From positions 22,198,001 to 22,262,000 of the forward strand of contig CM097885.1 of assembly GCA_044892525.1 (NCBI GenBank): a DNA stretch of 64,000 bases. The letters are read 5' to 3'. This document shows positions 1-15,469 of this stretch, one piece after another. The notes beneath the pieces were generated by a model. It searched no databases and was not told the origin of the DNA. It saw only the letters and a program-made list of their open reading frames with translations. How positions within the stretch are numbered: position 1 is the first letter of the stretch; every line of letters begins with the position of its first letter. A program made the position numbers and the translations under genes. The DNA is from Schmidtea polychroa. Taxonomy: Eukaryota.

Positions 1-3000
1 TAGTCACTTGATTTGTACCTGGTAAGTTAAGTTTCTTGCGTGATGGTAATGGTAGTCAGATAGGTCCGATGCTACCCTACCACTGAGAATCGTATCCAAT
101 ATTACATGATGGTTTATTTAAGTTCATCTTAATGATGTATTATTAATCGAAATTTGCAAAAATCTCTAAAAAAATTAAAACTAATCTAGGAATCACAAAA
201 GAAATTGTATAATAAAAGTTTTAAAAAAATCCCAAATGGCATACCGCTAAATCACAGATTATTACACTATTCTCGCCGTCAGAAACTATCATAGAAAATT
301 TAAATAACTGTGAGGCAAAAATGAAACATTTAAAAAACTAAATATGGACAATTTTAGTGAAGCTGAATAATTAGATCAAAATCTGAGACGAAGTAAAAAA
401 AGTGATAAAAATTACTTTTATTTGCATAAAAACTCCCGTTCTAAAATAAAAATTAAATTTCTCTTTTTCAAATTAAAAACCAAATTTACATCGGTAAACT
501 TCAAAGACTTTTATAATAACGTAAAAATTATATATCCTGGGATTTCAATGTAATTGATACCAAATATTAAAATATTACAAATTCTGGTTCATTTGTCGAC
601 ACACGACAAAAAGGTTAAAATTTCTTGAAATTTTATTGAGGAATCTTAATATATAATTATTGCGATTCATTTTTATTATGTGATTTCAAACTCTAGGACA
701 GTTGATATAATTAATTTAACATTTTAATTATAGATATGTTAATAAAAATTTTTGTTTATTTAGAAAATAATAAGTATTTGAATTAAATATTAACGGAAAA
801 TGATCCGAACCTTATTAAAATGCATTTATTTATAATAAAAACCACCTTTTCCAATATTATCAAAAATACGACTTGGAATTGGACTCTTTAAATCTTCGGA
901 AAATTAACTGGTTCCTGATAATGCGTATTTAACATACTTATTAACCATATTACATTTAATTACAAAAATTATTCAATCAGATATTTTTAAATAGATTTTT
1001 TAGGAATTATTAGGTTAGATAACTTGTGAAAAATATTTAAACTTAACAATTGTCAACTGCTTACCAAAGGTTGTTTGGTAGCCACATACCCATCAGTGGA
1101 CATTTTTATCGGTATTGGATCAGATCATCCTTGGACATAATTTACATATCAATTCATAAAAGTGAAAATAAATGATAATATAGGAGATCATCCGTTAGTT
1201 CAAGGTTTAGGAAACAAATTAGTAAACAAATTTAGTAAACAAATTATTGGTAATTATTTTATAATTGCAAATTATTCGTATACGTAATTTCATTTCAACT
1301 TAACAGGTATTGAAAAGTGAAATTAATTTCCCTGTACAAAGCATTCTGAGTGTTAGAATATTTTTTATCTTACTGCAATGACTATAGGTTTTATCCCATA
1401 TGTTAAATTAACTGAGTAAAGATAAATAGACCTAAAGTTTAATACCATCAGATATTTTTCAAAGAATTTTTTTATTTAAAAAAAATGTTACAATTTCATC
1501 ATTTCTTACTGTTTTATGTGTCACATGGCATTCGACAAGATGTGAAAATTTAATTTTAAATTTTACAAAATGATTAATTCTTTGTCGCTAAATTTGAAAT
1601 TTTTGCGACTGATTGGGTAATATTAATACAATATCGCAGTTTCGTAAGCTACTACATATCTATAGCTAGTTCCAAATAAATGCTAGATTTAGAATTAAAT
1701 ATTATTCTCATTTATTTAGTAACTTTGAAATTGTAACTCATAATTTACAATGAAACATTAAAAACTCCGTTCCTGAAAAAGGCCTTAGCATATAAGTTCA
1801 AGTTTACTTTATGAAGGCACGAGTCGTCTTCAACCGCAATGTATTTTATCAAATAACCTAATATTTGTGTTTTGTTATTAAGTTATTATAAGTAAGCATA
1901 TTAAAATAATAATTTTATTTGAGTAGATGGTTGGTTTTTGTAGATAAATGCCATTTTTGTCCAAAAAGTAAAGATTGTAACCAATTTATAATAAATTAAT
2001 ATCAAATGATTCATAAATATTTTTGTGCAAAAATATGTATTAAAGGATAAGCAATAATATTCAAGAAGCAATCATGGTGAAACAATGCCGATCACCTTTA
2101 GGTCTACCCAGACCCTTGTTTATGTAGTAATCCAGTGTTATTATTTACATGATGATGCGATATTCAAATTAATAATAATTTCTACTATTAAGTAAATTTA
2201 TCAATTCTATCTTAAGTAAATATTTTAATGGTGTTTTTGTCGGTGATGACTCAGAGGCAGAATTTTAACTGGAAATTTTTGATTTTCCATTTGTAATTTA
2301 TTAGAAAGAAATTTTAAAAATTGATTTAACAAGGGAAACAAACTTTCATTTATTTTTAACGAAATATTTCAATAGAATAACCCTAGAACCAGATTTACCT
2401 AACTATAATTTTAATAAATAAATACTCGTCAGGCAATAAAATTTCATTTTATGCTAATTAATTGTAAATGTGCCGATTTTTGAAAATAATAATAAAATTC
2501 TAAAAGAAAAAAACATATCAATGATGAAAAAAAGTTTAATGATTTTACTGATAAAATTTTTAGAATCTATTAATTTGTTAATATTAAATATAAATGAGGA
2601 AATTAACAGTAGTGAGAAAATATATTTATGGCAAACATTACGAATTTCTGGATACAAAATTTTATGAACCGATTCCAGATTTATCCGCAACCTATCATGT
2701 TTAAGCCAATGACCCTTGTCGTTGAATTTTATGACTTGATTTTGTTATTAAAACTTATTTTCAGTTTTATGAATATGAAAAAATATGTTTCATTTACCTT
2801 TGGAATTGCAAAGGGTCCAAATTTTTATTTAGCTCATATGTGACAAAATCGAGATATACCTTATCTAGGCAGTCGACAATTCTTATAGATATACAGGGTT
2901 TCACAGCATATCTCCGTATTTTGTGTTTAATTTATTCAAAGTAAAAACAAACAGGCAGAAACACATGGATTCGAAATGTGTTCATGTTCATCACATAGGA

Positions 3001-6000
3001 TGTATTATTATTCCTTAAAGCAAATCATTTTTTGTCAATAATTTTTTTAATTTTTTTCGATTCAATATCTTAAATAAGTATTAAATAAAATTTTTCTTCT
3101 AACAATAATAATAAATAAAATCTTTTGAAAATTAATTAGCGGTATCTTTAAATTCTAACTTAAAACTGATTAGGTAAAATTATTTAAAATATTTTCCAAT
3201 GCTAACAGTTGAAGAGAAAGTGACTAGTTTTTATATTTGCAATACAAGAATATTATATATATTTATCAAATTTACAACTCAATATTTTCAAACAAAAATA
3301 TTTGCTGTGGGATTTTTTAGTTTAATAAAATAAATCAAATATATGGAGAACTTGAAACCAAAATTAATTACTTCATAATGTAGATAATCCAATTACTTCT
3401 CCGGTTTCAAATTGATATTAATAATATTTAATATTATACATATTGAAAAATTTATTACGAGATGAGAACAAAGAAACATTTTAGTGACTTGTTTATAGCA
3501 CAGAACCCCAATAATAAGGATAAATAGTAAAAAAGAGCAGTAAAATGTATTTATAAATATTTAAATATAATTAAATATTTTTTATAGTTGTATGATGACA
3601 TTGTCAAGACATCATTTATATATAATTAAATTCTCCAAATATAATATTTGGAAATTATTTTGTTTTAATAATATAAATTTTAAAATTAAATCTTCTAACA
3701 AGACCAATTAATGTTTTCTCTTTCTGTACCATTTACTAAATGAAAAATTTCTCTACTATATCTTTCTTTATAATAATAACCCTCGCCTAAATCAGTGCTT
3801 TTTAATATCCCATACCAGTACTAAAATTTCTGAAGTTCGCAATATTAAACACAAATATATCAATTTTTATGTTGAATTTCATCATACGCATTATTAAAAT
3901 TTAATATGTTGAAAAAATCGACGACTCGTAGTCTAAGGAAGTATGGGTTAAGAATTTGTAAATCTAAAATGTCCTTTGAACATAAAATCTTGGCCCAGTC
4001 ATTGTAAAGTTATGAGAACATATTTTTAATTTATTGTAATATTGTATGTTTCTTTGTTAATAGTTCTAAACTTTTTCTAGTCCAACATTTTAAAATAAAA
4101 AATGTAACAGTTAAAATCTTAGTGTAATTTAATTAGTCTAAAAAAATTCATAAAAAAATGATAACCCAAATCTAAATGAAGGACATAATCTAACAATAAT
4201 CACATTTCAAATTAATAGTTTTACTAATCTGGTCATAATAGGTAATTTATTAATAAAATTAATGATAGATTGTATCTTTTATTAATAGATGGCTTAGTAC
4301 AATTACCATTCATAGCTCAGGACTGTCAACATGTTGTTTTGACAAATGTACTGACCAACTTGACATTTTGTAATTTGTAAAAAGCAAATGTTTCGAAATT
4401 TTTTATGATTTCGGTACATTTAATTGTTTACTGCTAAAGCCATATATATGTGACATTTTCTATTGTATTTGCAAAGACGCTTAAGGCAAAGTTTAACTTA
4501 AAATGAGTTAATTGCTAACCAAAGGGGAATCTTCGTGATTTTTATGTTACCCAACGTGTTTATTTCATTATAATTATTTTAATCTTAAAAAAGTAAAATC
4601 AATTAGTTCACATATACAAAGTTAAAATATTAAAATTAAAACTGATAATTAATAACAATTTTTATTTTATTAATCCTTATTATTTTAAGTTGGTTAACGT
4701 GGAAATTATTTTTGGAGAAATATTTGACAACACAACCAATACTATTTCACTTATTCAGAAATAGAATGGGTCACTAGTAAAATATGGAAACAATGGTTGA
4801 GAAAATCAAATATAAATATATAATTAATGATGTAAGTTACAATATCAATATAATAATTGAAAAACTATCTAATATCGATTGGGAGAAAATGAAAATTTAT
4901 CCCGATAGTATCGTATCAACTGGAGAGACATCTGTCGAATTCTAAATCTAAAATTCTCCAGAAAACTGTTTAAATATACGCATTGAGATGTGCTGTGCGT
5001 AATAATCCTTAAGCTGCTATATGTATGTATTGGTTATGATGCAATTAATTGTGCAATTTCAATTTATTGCAGATTGTTGGAACGTAAATTATGATACATT
5101 AAAGTGCCATAATTATATTTTCTTACAGTGGAAAACCAATAAAACCTCGTTCTCTCTCTTTTTCCTAACTGACAGGTTAATTTTTTTAATCTAAACTACT
5201 ATAAGGAAATGTAGATCTAAAAATAATTTCCCAATGAGAACTGCAACGGCAAAATTGTTGCTGTCTATTGAATTACATCAACAGCTGTATTAATTTCAGA
5301 TTTATAATTAATTTCTACTGATATTCAGCAGGATTTGTCAGTAAATTTTTTTACTTCATTTCATTAGAAGATCAATCGAAATTCGCAGAGAATTAATTTA
5401 CTAATGCCCAAGAGACCGATATTCAACGTGCAAATTGTATAAAAAGTCATTTCAACCTTATTGATAGCCGAAATATGTTTTGTTTATAATGTTCCAGAAT
5501 TTTTAAAAATAAATAGAACTTAAAATCTATTTTTTCACTTTTTAATTTGAGATTTTTTAGAATTTCCTGTTTTTGTTTTTGAATATTGAATAAATTTGTG
5601 AGTAATATATAACACTATTAAGTAGCCGTTTCATAAGAATTTTTGTCATTTTAACACTATCATTTGAAGCCATATTGTTCCCAAAAATATTTACCATTAC
5701 CATGAAACGTAATAATAAAATTAAAAATTTAAATTTATTGAAAACCTTTAAAATAAAATTAACAATAATTTAATTTAAAATATGTGTAAAATTTAAAACC
5801 TGCAGCTAAATGACCAATATCTACACTACCCCATTGAGTGCTTAAGGTGTAGCTAGTGGTAGATTACTAGTCATAAAAGTTCAAGGTGCTTCAAGTAATT
5901 AAATAATTTTGCTATACTCACTTACCCTATAAAAACGAGATAAACTGAATCTTGCTTATTACATCCAGTAATGTTAGATTGGATGATCTAACGACCGTTT

Positions 6001-7798
6001 AGCCTTTAATAGAGAGTTATTATTACCGGAAATATACCTAGTTTAAGTCGTTTAACCCTTTGAGGGCAACGGGCTCAAAATTTTCTATTGCCCCAAAGGT
6101 GCAATTTTGCCATAAAAAATGAATTTTTCCTAAATTGACGTATAATAAAAAATATGGCTATTTTGACAACTATTACAAGGTGTAGAATATATTGGTGCAA
6201 ACTAGAAGTTTTTGGCATTTAGTGGACTAGAGTCGATTTTCGCCCTCAAGACCAAAATAAAGTTGTGCGACTGTTAACAAATGAAATTACGAGTAAATTA
6301 ATTTATTATATTCAAAATGAGTTTAAGAAAACTTAATATGATTTATTAATTACTATCATTTTTGAAATAAAAATTGTTCTATTTGATTTCATCGTCCAAT
6401 TAAGTTTTAAATTAAATAAATAAAATATGAAAAATGGTAACAAGCGAAATTTTCAAAATTACTCTTTAAAAACATTTCTAAGAAATGAACATCAAAAAAT
6501 ATTAAATATAATTTAAATATGATTCAATTATTTCATTTATATAATGTCATTAATAAGAACAGTTTATTTATTAAAATTATTTATAAAATATTTTTAATCT
6601 AAGTTTTTTAAAAGAAAAGTCACAAAAAATATATACTGATTACAATTTTTTTCCCGATAGATAGAGAAAAGTCGATTTTCAGATAACAATGAAATAAAAA
6701 TACCAATTTATCGAGAAAAATTAAATTATTTTAAAATGTTAATTGAAGTAAGTAACAATTACATAATAATAAATAAGTGACACAAAGAGGTATTGTAGCA
6801 AAATTAGTGAGAATATATAATATATTTTCGTAATTTCAGTCATTTTGTTATAATAATAATAGTTAAATACAAAATTTAGACTGATAATTTTAAAGAAATT
6901 TAAAATAGAGATTTCTTTAATTTTTTAAGTTAAATATTTGTAAAATCAAAAAATCATCCAAAAAAATTAAAGTTAATGACTACTATTAATAAATTATGCA
7001 TTTCATTGTCTAATTTATTTCTTATACATATAATTTAACATTTAATATTGCTAGCAGTTAGACTAGTAAAAGATTTCAAGGCAATCAGCAATTATAATAT
7101 AGAAAATTATCAACCGATTCATATAATTATATTCAAAGTTATATTTACATTAGATTTTACAATGTTTAGTTTTGTACATATCAATGATTTTAAATTTAAA
7201 ATAGACTACAATTTATCTGAAAGCGTATATTTAAGAACGAGAGAACTTGTATTAAAAATTTTAATAAATTATAAAAAATATTTATGATAAAAATAGAAAT
7301 AATTTGACTATGAAATCTTTTAAAAATCAATTTTGACAGATTCAGATCATCATTAACAATGTATAATTCTAACGGAATTCAATTGTGAACACAGAAACTT
7401 TATTCCAATTGTTAAAGCACTACTGTTTCGAAAGTATTATAAATTAGACTAAAGAAGCGGCAAATAATTCCTTGTTTCTTTACTAGATTAACTTAAAAGT
7501 AATAATTGGGAATGGAGGGAAATAATTAATTGTTTTAATCGGTTTGCATCAATAGTCAAGTAAATCCGTTTGTTGTAAAACACATAAATTCCTTGACTCA
7601 AATTTGGTTATCTTCAAACAAATAATATTTCTAAAGTTACATGTCTTTTAAACTAGTATATAACTGTTAGGAAATTCAAATGAGTAAAATTTATTTTATA
7701 ATTTTATTCATCTTTAGTATTCATTTCAATTTTGACTATAGATAAAAATTAACCAAGGGAAAACATTGGTCAATAATCGCAATAACTATGAATTAATC

Positions 7799-8043
7799 CA
7801 GTGGTGGCCAACCCAAATCAATCGAAGGGCCAAAGTTTCAGAAAAAATACTATCACGGGCCACAATAAATTCATTTAAATAAATATAACTCGTTTTTACG
7901 ATTCAAGTAAACTTCAATTTTTTAAATTAAAAACATGCTTAATTCGAATATGAATTCTAAAAAAGACAATTATTGATTTGATGTTTAAAATTGTGTCCGG
8001 GCCACATCAAAACGCTTCGCGAGCTACCGGTTGGCCATGGCTG
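7799..8043. mobile_element. hAT-type MITE (245 bp)
   Basis: Imperfect TIRs CAGTGGTGGCCAACC / GGTTGGCCATGGCTG; perfect 8-bp TSD AATTAATC (7791-7798 and 8044-8051); non-coding. Confidence 0.9.
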
Positions 8044-8921
8044 AATTAATCAATGCTTTTCTCCTTCTATGACTCCAAAGAAAATTTGGCTCATTGTTGT
8101 AAAAGGTCAATTCGTATTATAATTATATAATAATGAATATATAGTTCTACTTTTTTTGCAAGTTAATGTGATTTTTTGTAATGAGATATTTTGATAAATT
8201 ATTAGAAATAATATGCATCAACTGATTTAATTTTGAGAATGTAAGCCAGTTTTCACATTATTTGAGATAAAAACAGGTATTTCGATACGAATCAATCATG
8301 ATGTTGTAGATGTTATAGTATAACTTTAAATTTCTTCAGTCCTTTAAAAGACACCTTCAAATTGGTAATTAAAATTTTTCAAAGCTGACTAGTGTCCATT
8401 ATTTGACTATCATTTTTTTTCGATATTATGCATAACAGGATAGACAGGTTGCATCCGGATTATTATTATAGAATGCCAGTTACAACAATTGAAATAGAAT
8501 ATTTTTTTGTATATTTATTATGTGAAAATAGATCTTTGCATCAGTGCTTATACTAGCTACTCTTTTGTGGATTTGAAATGAGTCGACAATCATTTCGTTG
8601 GTGTGGGATTTAATTTAGTAGAAAAACGCTGGATCTAATAATATTTTATCACTAGGCGTTGCTAGTTTTGAGAATCACAAAATGCAATAAGAAATAAGAT
8701 CGATTTGTGATTCAAAGAACAAAGTTATTATTTATTTATATATTCTAAAAGATTTCTTCTAAAATATTCTTTGAACTTTAATTTGATTAATTTTAAGTAT
8801 TAATTAACAGTGAGGGAATTAATCGATGGTTTTGAATATTCACTATAAGGTCCAAGAAGATCATAGAAAATCAAATGATTTCGTCATTGTACAAGTTCTA
8901 CGATCAACGCAACTTCAGTGT

Positions 8922-10726
8922 TGAAAGGTTAGAATTCACGTTTAAGTTAAAAAGGAACATTCCTAATAAACATTTAAATTGTATTTATCAGATCACATAA
9001 ATTTTTATATAAATATTTAAATTAAGTTTTAAATTTAAAAATAAATTATAATATATTAAATATTAAAATAAATTAAAACAGCATCGCGGCAGCACCAGGA
9101 ACTTTTCAAGAGCTCATGACGAAGATATTAAAGGATTTATGGAAAGACGGGGTAATGGTTTTTCTGGACGATATATTAATTTTTACGAACACAATAGAAG
9201 AACACTATAAACTGTTGGAAAGAGTATTGCAGAAAATCGCAGAAGCTAAACTAAGAATTAATCCAGAAAAATGTAAAATACTGAAAAGTGAAGTGAAATT
9301 GGATTTTAGAAAGGGTACACTGCATACTAACGCAGACATGTTATCGAGGAGAACGTGTGGCATATGTGTACAATGCCTTATGGAACACGATAATCCTAAA
9401 ATGGGAAGAATGAAAACCAGATTGTTAAATATAATGACTGAAGACAAAGGAAAGGAATGGCAAAGGAATAGTGATGTAATAGAGAAGATTAAAAGTAAAA
9501 TAAGAACGCAAACGAGTTGAAGGTTTATAATAGAAGATAAATTGAAAATAATATTGAAAAGATTAAAGAATTTATACCAAAGATAAAAGAATATGGATAC
9601 CAGAGAGCAAAAGAAGAGAAATGATTAACAAAACACATCTATTATTGTGCCATGCTGGAGTTGACAAAGTTATTAAATACATACAAAACAATTTTGATAT
9701 GAGAGATCTAATAAAGGAAGTAAAAACGACAATATCAAATTGCGAATCGTGCCAAAAAAGTTAAAGTTGTAACTACAAAAATGAAAGAGAAACCAAAAGT
9801 ACTTGAAGCATCCGAACTTTTCGAGAAAACATATATGGACATCTGTGGCCCAATGAAAGAAACATTTGCGCAATAATCGATCATTACAGCAAATACATCT
9901 CGTTAACAGCAATAAATAAACAGGATGAAGAGACAATTGAGAAGATATTGTTAAACAACTGGATTCTAAAATTTGAGGCACCCAGAGAACTACATGTAGA
10001 TTGCGGGAAAACATTCGAAGCTAATAGAATAAAGAATATAAGCAACAATGCAGGGTTCGAGATAGTGTATTCGAGCCCATGTCATCATATTACGAATGGA
10101 ATATTCGGAAGACAATTCCGAACAATAAGAGATTTTATTAATGCATCACTGAAAGACGGAAATACAAAAGACTGGGCAGATCTTATCCCAGATATAAAAT
10201 ATACATTCAACGCGACAATCCAAAAAACAACGGGAGTAAGTCCAGCTGAAAATATTTTTGGTAAGAAAATTGATAGATCGAAATGGTATAATGATAGTAG
10301 AATCAACAGGAACGATATCGCATTGAAAATTGAAAGTAAAAGACGAAATGACGAAACAAGAACTGCAGAGGTTGGATGTTGGAGACAAAGTGTTAATCAA
10401 ACGAGAAATACGAAACAAGGATCAAGATAGATATGAAGAATCATACTAGGTAACAAAACGAATACAAAATCCTAGTTATATGCTGAGAGATAAAAGTGGG
10501 AAGTCTTTAATCAGGAATATTGAAAAGATTAAAGAATTTAAAGAAGGGGGGTGAAAGGGTAGAATTCACGTTTAAGTTGAAACGGAACATTGCTAATAAA
10601 CATTTAAATTGTATTTATCAGATTACATAAATTTTTATATAAATATTTAAATTAATAAATTAAAGTAAGTTTAAAATATAAAAATAAATTAAAATATATT
10701 AAATATTAAAATAAATTAAACCAGCA
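8922..10726 (+). mobile_element. Internally deleted Ty3/Gypsy LTR retrotransposon
   Basis: Two similar AT-rich LTRs, TG...CA (8922-9083, 10552-10726). PBS-like TCGCGGCAGC follows the 5' LTR; PPT AAAGAAGGGGGG precedes the 3' LTR. Internal remnants of RT (FLDDILIF), RNase H end (NADMLSR) and integrase. No clear TSD. Confidence 0.9.
9090..10550 (+). pseudogene. Gypsy pol remnant (RT / RNase H tail / integrase)
   Basis: ORF 9116-9520 has APGTFQ..VFLDDILIF..NPEKC then NADMLSR. ORF 9948-10430 has an integrase core (PRELHVDCGKTF, SPCHHITNG, N.TIQKTTGVSPAE). Frameshifts and stops lie between them. Confidence 0.85.
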
Positions 10727-13375
10727 TTGAAATCAGCATCAAAATTAAAATAAAAGCGCAGATTTTATTTGGTAATTTTATTAATTGATTTTATGGATAT
10801 TGAAAATGAATTTGATGTTGTTGCGCCTAACAAGTGTCATCACTGTGTTTTATATTCACATTATCAGTAACCAGGCTCGATACAGAAAAATTTTGTCGAA
10901 ACATAGATAAGTTGCGAATTCTTTTATCTGATAATCAAAAAATTGATAAATTATCACAAAATCCTTTTTCGTTTGCCTTTTAATGTATCTCAATACATTT
11001 AAATGAAGAATATAAATGTAACAATGACAAAATAAAGAATTTTCTACTTTTAAAAGCTTTATATTAATACCACTGGCAATTTTATATAATTGCTCCGAAA
11101 TAACAATACATAAATTGACTTGGAAATGTTTTATTATAGTAAAAAATACTTCCAGTTAATTTTGTATCGATTTAAATTAAGTTTACTCGTATAAAATAAT
11201 TTTACAAAAAGAAATGTTTGGTTTAAAATTGGAAATAATGAAACGTTTTACTAAAATGAATTTTAGAGATCTCAAATAATATAATTTAAGATTTCATTAT
11301 TATACATTCGCGTCACCCAGTGCCACGTTTAGAAGGCTTTAACACAAAAATTCTCTACGGCTCAGAAATTTTAACTTAAAAAAATATTTTTATGGCTTCA
11401 TTCTTATTTCATATAGTTTTCTTGCAAAATTCTACAATGTGAAATTATAGATTTAAAAATTATTTGTATATTATTTTAATAAATAAAATATTATTATTAA
11501 TGACATGATATTAAAAGAAAATCAAAATATTTTTTCTGAAGACAAATTCTAATTCAATTTAAGGAATTCACTAGAAAATTTGGCACTATATTTATAACAT
11601 ATAGAATATTTTAAAATTTTTTTCAATGATTTAAATTTAATGTCATGGTCATTCACTTTTGTAAGCATTTTCAATTCATAATTGAAATATTTTAGGTATT
11701 AAATAACGACCTATGGCGATAAATTTGTAAAACGAGAACACTGAGAATTTTGTTTAATTTAGACAATCAGAACGAACAAGTTTTGTTTCAAATAACCGAC
11801 CTTTGTATGAATATAATAAATTATGGTCTTTGGAGTATGTTTGAATATTCGGCGATCAGGCTAAAGCATAATTTACCGTGCTGATTCAAGAAAGTATATC
11901 GTTTAATCACTTGTCTAAATATGTATTTATTGTCGATTTAATACTAAAATTTATTAGGCATAAGTAATAAATTAAAAATAAAACTAACATAAGATAAATA
12001 GAACAATAATTTTAAAATTGTTAAGAAATATTTAGCTTGAAAAATTATTAGCTTTTTGTTTTTAATGCAATATTTATTGTCTGTGAAAAAGTATAATTAT
12101 TAAAAATTATTTTTTTCTCAATTTTCTTAAACAAATGCCGAATTTCTTTAAATTAATAATTAAATAAATAGAAATTTATTTGTTTATTTATGGAATCATC
12201 AAAACATTTTTATGTGCATGCAATAATATTATACAAAATTGAAATAAAAATTCTAGAAATCAATATTTTAAATACTAGCACTGTTGATTAAATTTTTATT
12301 TATTAACCAAAAATAAAGAGAATAAAAAATGAAATCTCATTATATTATGATTATTTAGTAAATTTATATTTTAAAAATTTGGTGAAAATGAATTGATTAA
12401 TGAGAAAATGTAAATTATTCTCAATTCTAATTAGAATAAAATATTCCAGAAAACAAGAAATTATTTATTTTTAATCTTCATTTATATTTCGATCAATGTT
12501 CTTTATATATTTAACAAAAGTTTTTGACACTACTTAATAATTGAAAAGACCAGTGCTGAAAACTTTTGTTAAATAGGAAAAGTCTAAATGAAGATAAATG
12601 AAATCCATAAGAAAAAAACGGGGGAAAAGATAATTAATTATATTAAACTTTAATAATAGTTTATAAAAACAAGTAATAGACATTAGCAGATCATGATACA
12701 CTAGTTCATAAGGCGAGGCCAAATATTGTGTTGCATTAATTATTATCTTTTGCCATAATGCAAATAAATGAAATATTAATAAATAATTATCTACAATTCA
12801 GATCTTTAACTATAAATCTGAGTATTTATTTTGAATGATGATCCCAATTTATAAAAACAAGTATTTGACATTAAGAGACCATAAAAACTTTAAAATTATG
12901 ATATAAATATTTTGATAAATAATTTTAAACATTTCCAGAAAATTTGTCATATTGGGAAAATTCGTAGATAAAATTAACAGGTAAATATTACATAATTTTC
13001 AACATGTTTAATGCTTAATGAAATTTAATTCCGATAAAAATGTCATTAAAATAAATATTTATTAAGAGAATTTCATTAAACAAATTGTATTATTTAATTA
13101 ACAATTTGTAATAATAATTAATTAAATTTATTAAATTAATTCATTTATTATAATAGTAAAATCGAGTGATTTGATTGGATAAATCCTTGAGTATTCTAAA
13201 ATAATCGCAATTATATCTTTTTTATTTAACAAAATGCATGAGATATGTAAAATAATTAATATTTTAATTAAATAAAATATTTGTTTATATTTAATAATTA
13301 ATTTTAAGATTTGTTAGTTGCACTAATTGATTTTTACTGATTAGTAAATGGAATTTATTTCAATTTATCTATTTA

Positions 13376-13669
<294 letters not shown>

Positions 13670-14524
13670 TTATCCAACACGCGTGCGCGCACACACTCAC
13701 TCTCTCATTCACACATACAGTTATGCAATGCAATGTACAGGACGACAAGCGAATGAATTTTATGTGCATTTTATGAAGGTAAGTTTCAAAAGACTGCTAC
13801 ACAGAAGATACGGACAATCGATCAATGAGTCACGTGTAGAGATTGAGTCATTGATAGACTTAATTTCTCAGGATCACAATTCTTAATTACATCTACTTTT
13901 CGTGCGTCGATGCGAAATTTGATTATCAGAGAGAATGGATTTCTTTTTTGAGTCATCAAGATGAAAATTAATTGAACATTTAAACTGACAACTATTTTTT
14001 TAATATAATTATTTTGAAAATAATTTTTTTCCTTTTTGTATCTACATTTATTAAATTGTTTATTGATAAATCAGTGATTATGATCATATAGATAATTAAT
14101 TATATCGAATATATGATTTGCGTCTGGGAGATTTTGTTTGATCTAATTTTAATGTTTATTTTTAGCCGTTACATGGTAATACAAATTGAAAATCCCTTTC
14201 TGTAAATATAAGGATATTTTTACCATTGAAAAATAAATTTCAATGAAAGAATAAAAATAGTCACTGATGATAATGGTTAGAAAATTGAAAGTTTTCATTT
14301 CAACCAATGCCAACTCTATAAATAAGTAGCCGTTCACTTTTATCTCGGAACAATCGATAAATGAATCACATTGCACGATAGACTGGAATTTTTATTACTC
14401 AAAAGCTCAATAAATTGATAAATTCGATTTTTATACCGATCTTTAATCTTGATATTATAATTTTCTTATTTCAAATAACTTTTTCTTAAATTTTTAAACT
14501 GAGTTTATAATATGATTTATTGTT

Positions 14525-14539
14525 TATTATTATTATTAA

Positions 14540-14590
<51 letters not shown>

Positions 14591-14670
14591 CATTACTTTA
14601 TTATTATTGATTTATTACTATTGATTTTTTATTATTATTGATTTATTATTATTATTGATTTATTATTATT
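14525..14670. repeat. (TAT)n / TTATTATTGAT microsatellite
   Basis: Degenerate trinucleotide run in the intron next to the exon. Confidence 0.9.
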
Positions 14671-14686
14671 AAAATTTTCTTTTTAC

Positions 14687-15150
14687 CTTTTACTAAGATG
14701 TTTCGAAACATCACTCATTTTAAAACCATCTAAATGATATAATCTTTTAGCTAATCTTTTTGCTGCAGATTTATCGGCTGCTTTAGGAGGTTGATGATAA
14801 AGAGCTTCTTGAAAAATATCATTGGAAGCATTATTTTCTATTTCTTCCTTATCACCGTGATCACTACCGCAAATGGTAGATTTATCATCATCATCTTCCA
14901 AATTGGCACTTGTAAATGTTTGAGTTTCTTCTTCTGGTGACAAAGAACCAATATCTTCTGTTTCAGTAAATTGAAGAATTTTCGGTTTTAACAATGAAAC
15001 ATAATTGGAATTGAAAATTTTTTGACATTGCATTAAATTTGTTTCTTCATTTTTATTGTTGGATTCAGGAAACTGTTTCTGTGTTTCATCATTATGAGTT
15101 ACATTGTTGCGCATATCAACTGGAGTATTGGAACGATCGGATCCATGAGA
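14687..15150 (-). CDS. PSD: Exon of PSD/EFA6-like gene (acidic linker + Sec7 N-terminus)
   Basis: Ends in DKSAAKRLAKRLYHLDGFKMSDVSKHLSK, a hallmark of EFA6/PSD. TTTTATTCAG acceptor (15151-15152) and GTAAAA donor (14685-14686); the phase-2 junction joins to the 13580 exon as ...SKR|NDF. Confidence 0.9.
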
Positions 15151-15469
15151 CTGAATAAAATTTCACCATTGAAACAATTGTTTATTGGTTAAGAAATTTT
15201 AAATTAAAACTTAGAAATATGAATAGAAAATAGATTAATGTGCTGATATTTCAAATGGAAATTTATACCAACAAAGAACTTTACAATTCAATTTGAAAAA
15301 CATTTTTATAAAAAGCGTTCCTGTAATTGCTAACATATTTTGAGATGTTTTCATTCGGAATTTCAATTTATTTTATCAATATTAACAATTGAAATTATGT
15401 CATGATCTGAAGCCATTGAAATAAAATGAAGGAAATACCTTTTCAATTGAAGAAGTCACTAAATACCAG

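Noticed and set aside
3803..6080. piggyBac-like ends (CCCATAC/GTATGGG-TTAA at ~3808-3952; TTAACCCTT at 6052)
   Set aside because: Too short or unpaired to define an element.
2454..7287. Short ORFs in the AT-rich left region (also many at 12-24 kb and 45.3-45.7 kb)
   Set aside because: Low-complexity I/K/N/F-rich translations without motifs or splice support.
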